NCBI GenBank assembly: GCA_965223345.1
Contig: CBDCWG010000007.1
Span: forward strand, 32,001 to 96,000
DNA: 64,000 bases
Source: Nitrospinales bacterium
GTDB lineage: Bacteria > Nitrospinota > Nitrospinia > Nitrospinales > VA-1
Direction: 5' to 3'
A program made the position numbers and the translations under genes. Shown one piece after another: positions 9,061 through 18,489 of the stretch. The first letter of the stretch is position 1; each line of letters opens with the position of its first letter. The notes beneath the pieces are model-generated. The model was not told where the DNA came from. It searched no databases and was given only the letters and a program-made list of their open reading frames with translations.

Positions 9061-10008
9061 TCATCGGCTGCGGCGTTCGATGGGCACATCCACCCGCTTT
9101 CCACAGTGCGGGCAATTGGCCGGGCGGCTGCGCCGCTTCTGTATCTCCTCCACAAACCCGTAAGCGATGATTCCCGCAGGCAGGCCGAAGGTGCCGAGGC
9201 CCAGGATCGCGATCATCCCGCCGAACAGTTTCCCGAACGGAGTGATGGGATAGATGTCTCCATAGCCCACGGTGGTCATGGTGGCGACGCCCCACCACAT
9301 CGCCGCCGGTATGCTGGAAAACGCCTCCGGCTGCGCGTCGTGTTCCAGAAAGTAGATGGTCCCCGATGCGAGAATCAGCAGCACCACCGTGACCGCGAAG
9401 GTCACCAGCAGTTCTTCCTTTTTTTCTTCCACCACGTTGGTGATGAGTTTGAGAGAGCTGGAATAGCGCGCCAGCTTGAACAGGGCGAAAAGCCGGAACA
9501 GGCGGAACACGCGCAAAAACCGGAGATCGCCGTCGAAGAAGATCGGCAGGTAAAACGGCAGGATGGCCAGCAGATCGATCAGGGCCATCGGCGTGAAGAT
9601 GTAGCGCAACCGCCCGGCAACGGGCCGCGCAAATTTTTCCTGCACTGTGCAGGTCCAGACCCTGAGAACGTACTCGAGGGTGAACACCGTCACCGAAAAC
9701 AGGGCGAAGGCTTTGAACGCACCCGAATACGCTGCCGCCAGGCTCTCCACCGATTCGAGAATGACCGCGAGGACGTTCAAGAAGATCAGGGTGACGATGA
9801 AAATCTGGAAGGCCTTGCTCAGTGCGCTGCTTTTCTGAGCGGGTGTCAGGATTTCCGCGATTTTTTCCTTCACGCTGCCATTGCGGCCGCAATGCGCATG
9901 GGAGCGCCGCGATCCGGACCTCTCCTCCTCCCGACCGGCATCGCCGGTGATTCGGTCCGCTGCTCGCCGCTTCTGCACAGGAATCGTCATGTTGCGTTCA
10001 TCCTTCAC
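9061..10008 (-). CDS. Voltage-gated potassium channel (6-TM ion transporter)
   Basis: Selectivity filter TMTTVGYGDIYP; S4 RFLRVFRLFRLFALFKLARY; C-terminal CPHCG. True start may be downstream. Confidence 0.92.
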   Translation of the reverse strand: MKDERNMTIPVQKRRAADRITGDAGREEERSGSRRSHAHCGRNGSVKEKIAEILTPAQKSSALSKAFQIFIVTLIFLNVLAVILESVESLAAAYSGAFKAFALFSVTVFTLEYVLRVWTCTVQEKFARPVAGRLRYIFTPMALIDLLAILPFYLPIFFDGDLRFLRVFRLFRLFALFKLARYSSSLKLITNVVEEKKEELLVTFAVTVVLLILASGTIYFLEHDAQPEAFSSIPAAMWWGVATMTTVGYGDIYPITPFGKLFGGMIAILGLGTFGLPAGIIAYGFVEEIQKRRSRPANCPHCGKRVDVPIERRSR

Positions 10009-10030
10009 TCAACTCGCTGCACGGTGCTGC

Positions 10031-11098
10031 TCAGGGTTTGCGGGAATTTGAATCCCCGAAGCGGTTGTTGAAGCGGTTGACCGCCTGGATTTCCCCGTAT
10101 TTGGCGAAGTCGTCATAGAATTTCACCCACTGCGCTTCATCGACTTTGCTGTTCTGCACTTCGATCTGCGTCATCTTGAGCAGGTTCTGCTTCTTGCCTT
10201 CGATGGCGAGCAACCCCTCCCGGCCGTTTTCTCCGTACACGATCTGATACACGTTTCTCTGCACCAGCACGCCCAGCAGTTTTTCGATGATGGTCTGCGA
10301 GCGGTCTTCCATCTTCTGGCCGAGGTGAAAGCACTCCTTGAGAAACGCGCCGGACAGGCCCTGCACGGTTTTTCCGCCGCACATATCCTTGAAGTAGGTG
10401 AACTGCACGTTGTTGACCATGTTGCCGAAGGCGAAGTAGTTGGACAGGTAATCGCCGTAGCCGAGTTTCTGCGAGGTGGCGCGCGACTCGTTGAACAGCG
10501 GGATGACGTAGCTCTCGTATTTTTCCAGGGCGTTGCCCTGCTTGAGGTAACCGGCGGCCGCCTCGATGTTGCCCCGCTGCTGCTCGAGCACCGCCATCTG
10601 GTACCAGGGCAGCGCGTTTTCCGGGTCGGCGATGGCGAAGGACTGCATGAGCACCTGCTTGCCGTGACAGAACGGCGGCACGTCAGACGCCTCCTGCTCG
10701 CGGATGAAGCAGTGGATGATGGCGGAAGCCAGGATCAACGGATCGTTGCGGTCGGCCTCGAGCGCCAGCTGGAACAGATCGTTCTGCAGCTCGTTGTCTC
10801 CCACTTCCTGGGACGCCGCCACCAGCAGATCGCGCGCGGTTCCGGTCTTGATCAGCCGCTCCATGTTCACGGCGGAATAGCGCAGGCGGCTGTCGATGGA
10901 TTCGGAGACACGCAGCCATTCTTCGGTGAAGGGCTCGAGCCGGTTGAGTTTTTCGATCTCTTCGTATGTGGGCAAGGCCGGGAGCCGGGAGTCGCCGATC
11001 GTCCCGTACCGTTCCAACGTCCCCGGATCGGCCAGGGTGAGGCCGGGCAGGAACAGGGCAAGGCAAAACAGGATGGCACACGCTGTGCGTCGTTTCAT
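10031..11098 (-). CDS. Exported hypothetical protein with TPR-like segment
   Basis: Signal peptide MKRRTACAILFCLALFLPGLTLA; DPENALPWYQMAVLEQQRGNIEAAAGYLKQG. Confidence 0.75.
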   Translation of the reverse strand: MKRRTACAILFCLALFLPGLTLADPGTLERYGTIGDSRLPALPTYEEIEKLNRLEPFTEEWLRVSESIDSRLRYSAVNMERLIKTGTARDLLVAASQEVGDNELQNDLFQLALEADRNDPLILASAIIHCFIREQEASDVPPFCHGKQVLMQSFAIADPENALPWYQMAVLEQQRGNIEAAAGYLKQGNALEKYESYVIPLFNESRATSQKLGYGDYLSNYFAFGNMVNNVQFTYFKDMCGGKTVQGLSGAFLKECFHLGQKMEDRSQTIIEKLLGVLVQRNVYQIVYGENGREGLLAIEGKKQNLLKMTQIEVQNSKVDEAQWVKFYDDFAKYGEIQAVNRFNNRFGDSNSRKP

Positions 11099-11141
11099 GG
11101 GTTATCTCACTTTTTTTCAAGGGTTTATTACCCTATTTGAG

Positions 11142-11157
11142 AGCAAACCCCGTGCCA
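11142..11157 (-). promoter_or_regulatory. sigma-54 promoter
   Basis: Minus strand TGGCACGGGGTTTGCT, full consensus, about 45 nt upstream of ATG 11098. Confidence 0.78.
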
Positions 11158-11294
11158 AACGAAAACCCTTGTAAAACCGCGGTTTGGCGGCTCCCCCCGC
11201 AAGAGGGGAAGGTCCATAAGTTATGATTTTTCAGACAGTTGACGCTATTTATGGCCAAACGGGCTCAATCACCCCCGAAGGGATGCTGGCCGGG

Positions 11295-11501
11295 TCAGGA
11301 AGGGTCGCGGGGCGGTGCGAGGGAAATCGTCTCCGCCGCTTTGAAACTGGTCTCGTAGGTGGGGGTTTTGTCGGGGAAAAAATAGGTGAGACTCCACCAG
11401 AGCAGAGCCAGCGCCGCGATCAGAGCCACGACGAGCTGGAACCAGAACGGCATGGTCTTTTTGTCCTGTCCGTCACCCTTGCCGTTCGGTGGCTCGCTCA
11501 C
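11295..11501 (-). CDS. Small single-TM protein (68 aa)
   Basis: GAGGGA RBS, GTG start, one TM helix. Confidence 0.55.
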   Translation of the reverse strand: MSEPPNGKGDGQDKKTMPFWFQLVVALIAALALLWWSLTYFFPDKTPTYETSFKAAETISLAPPRDPS

Positions 11502-11552
11502 GGGAGTTATCCCTCATGCGGGTTGTCGATCACTGCGCTGCCGCCTGCGTGC

Positions 11553-12203
11553 TCAATAGGCGGAGCGGCGCACTTCAAACTTTTTATCGAGGATCTCTTT
11601 TTTCGCGGCCGCCGCCAGGGCCTTCAGCCCCTTGCGCGCCAGCTCCCCGGCGTCCTCTCGCGCCGGTGCGCCGTCCGCATCCGCGGTCTGCTCGTTGGCG
11701 GGAAGCGCGAGCAGGCGGTTCTGTTTCGCAAGGTACACCAGCCCGCGGGTTTTGAGCGTCCATTTGCCAGCGTCGGTGCGAACCTCGCGCCGGAACACCA
11801 GCAGCAGGTCCTCGTCGAACTTTTTGGCCAGGTCCTTGAGGACCGCGCGGGTCACGGGACCGCGCACATCCTCGCCCAGTGAGGCGGGGTTGATGCGCAC
11901 CGGGTCCGTCTTGATCAGGGTCGCTGAAACCGCTTTCGGGTCGCCGAGAACCGCATCCAGTGCGCCGGCCTCAGCGGATTCGGCGACCCCCTCGTCGAAT
12001 TTCTGGCCATCCGCGCCATAATAGAAATAGCTGCCCTGCTCAGGACGGCTCTCCAGCACCTTCATCGATTTGGGGAACACCAGTCCCTTGATCGAGGAAT
12101 CGGATTTTTTTCTTGTCAAAAGATCGTCATAGCCGCTTGCAGACGGCGCGCACACAAACAGTGCGGCGGCAAGGACCGGAATCCAGATAGGGTTTCGTTT
12201 CAT
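11553..12203 (-). CDS. Exported hypothetical protein
   Basis: GGAGG RBS before ATG 12203; signal peptide MKRNPIWIPVLAAALFVCAPSASG. Confidence 0.7.
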   Translation of the reverse strand: MKRNPIWIPVLAAALFVCAPSASGYDDLLTRKKSDSSIKGLVFPKSMKVLESRPEQGSYFYYGADGQKFDEGVAESAEAGALDAVLGDPKAVSATLIKTDPVRINPASLGEDVRGPVTRAVLKDLAKKFDEDLLLVFRREVRTDAGKWTLKTRGLVYLAKQNRLLALPANEQTADADGAPAREDAGELARKGLKALAAAAKKEILDKKFEVRRSAY

Positions 12204-12397
12204 AGGGCGGAACCTCCCTGGGATGATCCATCGGCGCGCTTCGGAAGGCTTTCTCCAAACACAAAATACAGCCATTTCGGGCAAACCCCTGATCCGGGAA
12301 AAATCCAGCGATGTGGGGTAGTATGGGTATCATAACAAACCGCCCGGCGGAAACAAAGGTTCTCTTGCCGACGAGAACCGTCACGCAAAGGAGAACC

Positions 12398-13189
12398 GTG
12401 CCGCAATCGAATTCCATCGTCCTCATCACGGGCAACGGACCGCGCCACCGTTATTTCACCGAGTGCCTGAACGCCCGGTTTCCGATCGCAGCGGTGTGGC
12501 GCGAGTCGGTCCCCTACCCCGCCCCCGCTTTCGCATCCGACGAGGAGCGGCAAGCCTGGGACTGGTTTTTTGCGCGAAGGCAGGAGCACGAAAACAACAT
12601 CCTGAACTCCGGAAAGCGGCCGCCGGCATTGAACGCACCGCAGCGGCACAGCCTGATAGAGAGAGAACTCGCGGCTCCTGCAACCTGGGAGGCGATCGCG
12701 AAGCTGCGGCCCGGTTTCATCGCGCTGTTCGGCACGAGTCTGGTGCCGGCCGGTTTTCTCGCGCGGTTTCCCGGCCGGGTTTTCAATCTGCACGTCGGCA
12801 GGCCGGCATTTTACCGGGGTTCCTCCTGCAATTTCTGGCCGATTCACGACCGCAGACTCGAATGCCTGGGTGCGGCGGTGCACCGCGTCGATGCGGGCAT
12901 CGACACCGGCGAGGTCATCGCAGAGTCTGGAGTGTCTTTTGAGAAGCAGGACGACGAGCAGAGCCTGAGCGCCCGAACGTGGGTCGTGGGAACCGAATTG
13001 ATGGCGGAGGTGATCGCAAGCTGGCTCAAGGGAGAACCGCTTTCGGCGCTGGCGCAACCATCAAAGGGGAAACTGTACCGGATGAAAGATTTCACACCGC
13101 AGGCGGTGTTGCGGGTGAAGCAAATGGTGGAATCGGGGGAACTCGCGCACCAAATCGCAGCACAGCGCCAGGCGCACAGGGCGGGATGA
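12398..13189 (+). CDS. Formyltransferase family protein (Formyl_trans_N)
   Basis: AAGGAG RBS and GTG 12398; VFNLHVG..YRGS..NFW..GAAVHRVDAGIDTGEVI. Confidence 0.82.
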   Translation: MPQSNSIVLITGNGPRHRYFTECLNARFPIAAVWRESVPYPAPAFASDEERQAWDWFFARRQEHENNILNSGKRPPALNAPQRHSLIERELAAPATWEAIAKLRPGFIALFGTSLVPAGFLARFPGRVFNLHVGRPAFYRGSSCNFWPIHDRRLECLGAAVHRVDAGIDTGEVIAESGVSFEKQDDEQSLSARTWVVGTELMAEVIASWLKGEPLSALAQPSKGKLYRMKDFTPQAVLRVKQMVESGELAHQIAAQRQAHRAG

Positions 13190-13201
13190 GGTTTTTCGGC
13201 C

Positions 13202-14236
13202 TCAGCCGTTGCGCACCAGACGGATGCTCATGGTGACGTTGTTGTAGCTTTTCATTTCCGTCTTGCTGAACCCGCCCACGAAAAAGAAGAGGCGCGCCGA
13301 ATCCAGCCCCACTTCCTCGTTGGTCCAGTAAGCGTAGCCGCCTCCCTCATTAAACGCGGCGGGATAACCGAGCGGCACGTTTTTCTTGCGGTCGAAGGCG
13401 ACCTGCTTGCCTTTCGGGTCGTAGCTCGACTGGTATTCTTCGGGAGTGGGGACGCGCCAGTCGGCGAAGCCGCCGTAGCGCTGCCGGTTCATCTTCTTGG
13501 CCCAGTCCATCGCTTCCCTCCAGCTGTCGGGCTGGCGCATTTCGATGTTTCTGAAATCGCGGGTCATCCAGATGAGGTTGTGCTTGGGATCGAGGGCGGT
13601 GCCGTTTTCATACAGCTCCCAGCCGTTGACGATCTGCCGCTGCGCGCGGATCGACTGGTTCAGATCCCAGGCCTTGTAAAATTCGAACAACGCGAACGCC
13701 GCGACGATGCCGAGAATCGCGAACACCAGATACTTGCGCGTCTTGCTCAGGCGGTCGATTTTGGATTCGAGCTGTTTGGAGGCGTTGACCTGCTCGGCTT
13801 TTTCCTGAGTGATTTTTTCGCATTTTCCTTCCAGCGCCTTGAGCTTGAGGTTTTTTTCGTAGCGTTCGATCCCCGCCTGAATGGTTTTCTGCACGAGCTT
13901 GAAATCGAGAGGCTTTTTCAGATAGCGGAACGCTTCGCCCTTGTTGACGATGTCTTCGATGAGCTGGGCGTCGTAGTAGGCCGTCATGAGAATCCGCACC
14001 GTTTCGGGGCAGATGGCTTTCAGTTTTTTGAAGAACTCGGTTCCCTTCATCGCGGGCATGCGATTGTCCGAAAGCACGACCGAAAACGGCCCGCCCTCCT
14101 CCAGCATGCCCAGCGCTTCGTCCACATTGCCTGTGGTCACGACTTCGTAGTTTTCACCGGCCAGCATTTTTTTGGCGACGCTGAGAATTTTTTTCTCGTC
14201 ATCGACGATCATCACGCGCGCTTTAGCAGATGCCAT
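13202..14236 (-). CDS. Response regulator receiver - coiled coil - TM - DUF1566/Lcl domain fusion
   Basis: VMIVDDE..VLSDNRMP..ILMTAY..YLKKP receiver; TM YLVFAILGIVAAFALFEFY; NGTALDPKHNLIW..SWREAMDWA..YGGFADWRVPT.EE..YWT..IRLVR (DUF1566). Confidence 0.85.
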   Translation of the reverse strand: MASAKARVMIVDDEKKILSVAKKMLAGENYEVVTTGNVDEALGMLEEGGPFSVVLSDNRMPAMKGTEFFKKLKAICPETVRILMTAYYDAQLIEDIVNKGEAFRYLKKPLDFKLVQKTIQAGIERYEKNLKLKALEGKCEKITQEKAEQVNASKQLESKIDRLSKTRKYLVFAILGIVAAFALFEFYKAWDLNQSIRAQRQIVNGWELYENGTALDPKHNLIWMTRDFRNIEMRQPDSWREAMDWAKKMNRQRYGGFADWRVPTPEEYQSSYDPKGKQVAFDRKKNVPLGYPAAFNEGGGYAYWTNEEVGLDSARLFFFVGGFSKTEMKSYNNVTMSIRLVRNG

Positions 14237-14318
14237 GAGTTTTGAGTCCTGAAAGGGGTTGTTCGTGTGAAACCCGTCGGGCAACCTACCCACCAACAAA
14301 AAGAATGTAACTGTTAAT

Positions 14319-14347
14319 ATAATACACTCAGATGCCGCCTTTGTAAA
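14319..14347 (-). promoter_or_regulatory. Putative sigma-70 promoter for the receiver-DUF1566 gene
   Basis: Minus strand TTTACA-N17-TATTAT. Confidence 0.45.
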
Positions 14348-14375
14348 GAAAAGTCAAAGGTTTGTCGTTTTTTTT

Positions 14376-16673
14376 CTACTTTTGGCCGGAAGCCGCTTTC
14401 GCGCCGATCAGTTCGCGGATTTTTCCCAGAAGCTCGATGCGGCTGTAATCGCCTTTCTGGAACACATGATCGACTTCCAGATTCAACCGCTCCAGCTCCG
14501 GCATGGAAAGCTCCTTGGCGGTGAGAACGATGACGGGGATGTCCTTGTTGAGACCGTTTTTGTGAAACTGGGACAAAAACTCGAATCCGTTGAACTCCGG
14601 CATGACCAGATCGAGCAGGATCAATTCCGGGCTTTCTGTTTCCAGAATCTTCAGAGCCGACCCGCCGTCCAGCGCTTCCATGACTTTCCATCCCTCTTTA
14701 TTCAAGAGCCGCGACAACGCGCCCCGGTTGGTCAGATCGTCTTCGACCACCAGGATGGAATGCGCGGCGATGGGCGTGCCGTTCATGCGCAAAATCGCAT
14801 CGATGAAATGATCCCAATCGATGGGCTTGTTCATGAATTCCGTGGCCCCGCTTTGCATGGCTTTTTCCCGCTCGTCGAGCATGGTGAGCATCATCACCGG
14901 GATCTTCGCCAGGGACGCGTCGCTTTTCAAATGCGACAGCACGGTCCAGCCGTCCATGTCCGGCATCATCACATCCAGCGTGATGACATCGGGTTTCATC
15001 TCCCTCGCCTTGCGCAGGCCCTCGGGGCCGTCTTTGGCGGTTTCGACGATGAACCCGGCTTTATCCAGAAAACGGTGAATGAGATCGCGGATGGTCGGGT
15101 CGTCGTCCACGGCGAGAACGCGGATGCCGTTTTCCGGCAGTTTGGAGTCCCCGCGTTCCTGCGGCGGGGCATCCTGCGGGATGGGCGCGGGTTTCGGTGC
15201 GGCCGCAGTCGTGTTGCCGTTTTCCTTCGCAGACGGACTTTCCGGTTCCGCAGCCGACGCCACGCCCGGCTGGGTCGCGTCCGCGGGGAGCGTCACCGTG
15301 AAGACCGAGCCTTTTCCCAGTTCGCTGGAAACCTCGATGTCGCCGCCCAGGATCTGGCACAGCCGGCGGCTGATCGCAAGGCCCAGCCCGGTCCCGCCGT
15401 ACTTGCGCGTGGTGGCGGGTTCGCCCTGGGTGAACTCGTGAAACAGGCTGGAAATCATCTCCGGCCGGATGCCGATGCCGGTGTCGCTGACCGAGAAGAC
15501 CACGCCGTGGGATTCCTGAGCGCCCTGCTCGGAGACCTTGAGGGTGATCATGCCGTCTTCGGTGAATTTGCAGGCGTTGCTGAGCAGGTTGAGGAGCACC
15601 TGGCGCAGCCGGGCCTGATCGGAAAACATCGAATCGACGGAACCCTGATAGGTCACGTTCAGCGTGTTGCGGTTCTTGCGCGCCAGGGGGCGGATGGTGG
15701 CCATCACATCCTCGACCATGGCGTTCACCTTGAACATCTCCAGGTTGACGTCCATCATTCCCGCCTGGATTTTGGAAAGGTCCAGGATGTCGTTGAGCAG
15801 AACCAGAAGGTGGTTGCCGGAGGATTCGATCGATTTGAGATCGTCGCAGAAATCTTCGCGTCCGAGTTTTTTCAATTCGTAGTGCAGGATTTCGCAATAG
15901 CCCAAAATGGCGTTCAAGGGAGTGCGGAATTCGTGGCTGATATTGGCGATGAAATCGCTTTTCACCCGCGCGGCGGCTTCGGCCTCCTCTTTCGCGACCA
16001 CCAGGGATTCCTCGGCGAGCCGGCGGTAGGCGATTTCCTGTTTCAGCTCGTGCGTCTGGTTTTCCAGATCCTGCGTGCGTTTCCGCACAGTGGCTTCCAG
16101 GTTTTTGTTCTGATCCGATATCATTTTGTAAAGTGCCGCCGATTCCAGGGCGTGCGCGGTGTTCTGCAAAATGATGGACAGCGGATTCAGGATGGAATCG
16201 TTGATGTCTTTGTCTTCCTGACGCAAAATACCGGCGAACATGCCCCGCACCCGGGTCTTGGTGGCCAGGACGTGCAGGATGAGCGACCTGTCGTACTCTT
16301 TCGAGCGCACCACCACCGGCCGGTTCTGGTTCACCGCCCAGGAAAAGCCGCCGCTTTCAATCTGATGATTGATTTCGTTTTCGATGCGCTGTTTTTCTTC
16401 CGGCGGGTCCACTTCGGTGACGACGAAATTCGAATCGTTCTCATCGACGTTGATGAACGCCATCACCTGAAAATCCAGCAGGCGTTTCAGATGATCGCGG
16501 GAAAGAAACAGGATCTTCGCGATGTCGCATTCGAGGGTGGCGTCGTGCTGCGCCTGGCCGAGCGAGGCCAGAAGGTTCATTCCATAGAGGTTGGACTGCG
16601 CCAGTTTTTCCAGATACTGGATCCGGACTTCGGGCTTGCGTCTGGGCTCAGCGGGTTCCCACTTTTTTACCAT
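14376..16673 (-). CDS. Cytoplasmic hybrid sensor histidine kinase (GAF-like, HisKA, HATPase, two receivers)
   Basis: H-box FIANISHEFRTPLN; N-box NLLSNACKFT; G1 DTGIGI; G2 GGTGLGLAIS; two receivers (TLDVMMP, LLDLVMP). Confidence 0.95.
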   Translation of the reverse strand: MVKKWEPAEPRRKPEVRIQYLEKLAQSNLYGMNLLASLGQAQHDATLECDIAKILFLSRDHLKRLLDFQVMAFINVDENDSNFVVTEVDPPEEKQRIENEINHQIESGGFSWAVNQNRPVVVRSKEYDRSLILHVLATKTRVRGMFAGILRQEDKDINDSILNPLSIILQNTAHALESAALYKMISDQNKNLEATVRKRTQDLENQTHELKQEIAYRRLAEESLVVAKEEAEAAARVKSDFIANISHEFRTPLNAILGYCEILHYELKKLGREDFCDDLKSIESSGNHLLVLLNDILDLSKIQAGMMDVNLEMFKVNAMVEDVMATIRPLARKNRNTLNVTYQGSVDSMFSDQARLRQVLLNLLSNACKFTEDGMITLKVSEQGAQESHGVVFSVSDTGIGIRPEMISSLFHEFTQGEPATTRKYGGTGLGLAISRRLCQILGGDIEVSSELGKGSVFTVTLPADATQPGVASAAEPESPSAKENGNTTAAAPKPAPIPQDAPPQERGDSKLPENGIRVLAVDDDPTIRDLIHRFLDKAGFIVETAKDGPEGLRKAREMKPDVITLDVMMPDMDGWTVLSHLKSDASLAKIPVMMLTMLDEREKAMQSGATEFMNKPIDWDHFIDAILRMNGTPIAAHSILVVEDDLTNRGALSRLLNKEGWKVMEALDGGSALKILETESPELILLDLVMPEFNGFEFLSQFHKNGLNKDIPVIVLTAKELSMPELERLNLEVDHVFQKGDYSRIELLGKIRELIGAKAASGQK

Positions 16674-16681
16674 GACCTCAC

Positions 16682-17521
16682 CTACATGAAGATTTTGATC
16701 ACCTCATCGACCTGCCGGTCAACCTGCGCGAGGATGGAAGACAGCAGACTGGAGGGCAGGCCCACGACTTCCCAGGCCTTCGTGTCCAGGGGCGGCACGC
16801 TGCGTTCGCCGCTGGAGCCGATTTCCAGGGCGTGCGCCAGGATGTCGCCCAGGTGCGAAATGGAGGCTTCGACCGTGAACGTCCCGGCCTGCATCGGACG
16901 GTGGTGATACTGCACGGCGTGCACCAGAGAATCGGGCAGGTTCCACTTTTTCATCAGCGCGCCGCCGACATCGGTGTGGTCGAGCCTCAGCACGTCGCGC
17001 TCGGATTCGTGCAACAGGCTGCCTTTTTTGTAGCGCTCGAACACCTTGGTCATTTCGTCCGGCACGGTGATGTAAAGCAGAAGCCGGCCCACATCGTGCA
17101 ACAGCCCGGTCAGGTAGTACCGTTCGGGATTGGATTCGTTGCGGTAAACCGAAACCACCCGGGCGGCGAGTCCGGAGGCGATGCTGTGGCACCAGAAGGA
17201 ATGCATGTCCACCACGTCGCGCGGAACGCCTTTGAAGCTGCTGACGACGGAGGTCGCCAGAGCCAGGTCCCGCAACTGCGCCATGCCCACGATGGTCACG
17301 GCGTGCGTGATGGTTTCGATCTCCGATGAAAATCCGAAATACGAGCTGTTCACCAGCCGCAGAAGGCGCGCGGACAGGGCGGAATCGTTGCTGATGATCT
17401 GGGCCAGTTGGGCGAACGAGGTCTCCGGGTTTTCCACCGCCTCATTGATCTGGTAGAAAATCGAGGGCAAGGAGGCCAGCTCCACGGACCCGTCTATCAG
17501 ATCTTCCACTGCATGTGTCAT
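16682..17521 (-). CDS. HDOD domain protein
   Basis: LASLP..DSALSARLLRLVNSSYFG..FWCHS..GLLHDVG..DHTDVG..KWNLP..YHH. Confidence 0.92.
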   Translation of the reverse strand: MTHAVEDLIDGSVELASLPSIFYQINEAVENPETSFAQLAQIISNDSALSARLLRLVNSSYFGFSSEIETITHAVTIVGMAQLRDLALATSVVSSFKGVPRDVVDMHSFWCHSIASGLAARVVSVYRNESNPERYYLTGLLHDVGRLLLYITVPDEMTKVFERYKKGSLLHESERDVLRLDHTDVGGALMKKWNLPDSLVHAVQYHHRPMQAGTFTVEASISHLGDILAHALEIGSSGERSVPPLDTKAWEVVGLPSSLLSSILAQVDRQVDEVIKIFM

Positions 17522-17524
17522 GTG

Positions 17525-17863
17525 TCAGCCCTCTTTACGCGATTCGACTTTGCGCAGAATGCAAAGGTCCACCAGTTCCATGATCGCCGGGTGGCGCCGG
17601 TCGTTGTAACGGAACAACACGTCGATCTCTTTTTGAATGTCTTCGGGAACGACGTCGGGTTTGACGCCCAGCGACACGGTCGTCTCCTGCTCTTCGACCA
17701 CCAGTTCGACATCCACCTCGGTGATGCCCCAGGCCTTGAACGTGCGGATGTGCTTGGCCGTGACCTCGTGGCCGGAAGTCAAAAGCAGCCTGCCGGTGCG
17801 GTCCACCACGTTTTTGTCCAGGACCATCCCCGGTTTCAGTTTGTTGATCCGAATGACGGGCAT
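17525..17863 (-). CDS. Small protein resembling the DUF3391-type N-terminal domain of HD-GYP/HDOD proteins
   Basis: GAGGA RBS, ATG 17863; INKLKPGMVLDKNVVDRTGRLLLTSG..HIRTFKAWGITEVDV. Confidence 0.7.
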   Translation of the reverse strand: MPVIRINKLKPGMVLDKNVVDRTGRLLLTSGHEVTAKHIRTFKAWGITEVDVELVVEEQETTVSLGVKPDVVPEDIQKEIDVLFRYNDRRHPAIMELVDLCILRKVESRKEG

Positions 17864-18489
17864 CAGCGGGTTTTCCTCAAATGACGATCGGGCAATTGCG
17901 AGGGAATGGGATCCGGTTTGATCCGAAAAGGTCGATTGGCAAAGGTAAGGTGCGCCCCCAGCGAAATGTCCCCCAGCATTTTCCAATATTTTAGCAAAAT
18001 CACCTAAAATTAAAGTCTAACACACTCCCCCTCGGAATGGAATATTCTCTTAATTTTTAATACTTTATAGGAAAATTCCGCCTGTTGGGGCGCGATTTCC
18101 GGCAAATCGCATCCCGGCCTGAAAAATCCCGAAACGCACCGCGCCGCCGGGGGCTTTCACAGCCCAAAATCCTTTCAAACAAAGCCTTTTCAAGCCCAGG
18201 GCGGGCTCGTTTCCCGCCCCGCCTAAACTGCGAAACCGGGAACGCGGCCCGATTTCTGGAAAAAACCCAGGCTATCGGTTATAGTTGCCGCACTCCACGG
18301 ATTCTTGCGATCCCGGCGCCCGAAAGCTCGGAAAAACGGGTGCTTTTTTCTACGGTTTGCCCTTATTCGGTCGATAAGTGTTGTGATGCCGTCATTGCGT
18401 TCGTTTTGCGGACCGCCAATGCATTGGCCGCCGTGTCACCGTTTCCAGGGCGCTCGGGTTTTTCAAACACCACGACGGCGGGAGGGACA

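Noticed and set aside
14382..16907. Long antisense ORFs (also 54261-56900, 42487-44382, 31750-33717, 60689-62713, 5189-6736)
   Set aside because: Shadow frames of well-supported genes on the opposite strand, expected in GC-rich DNA
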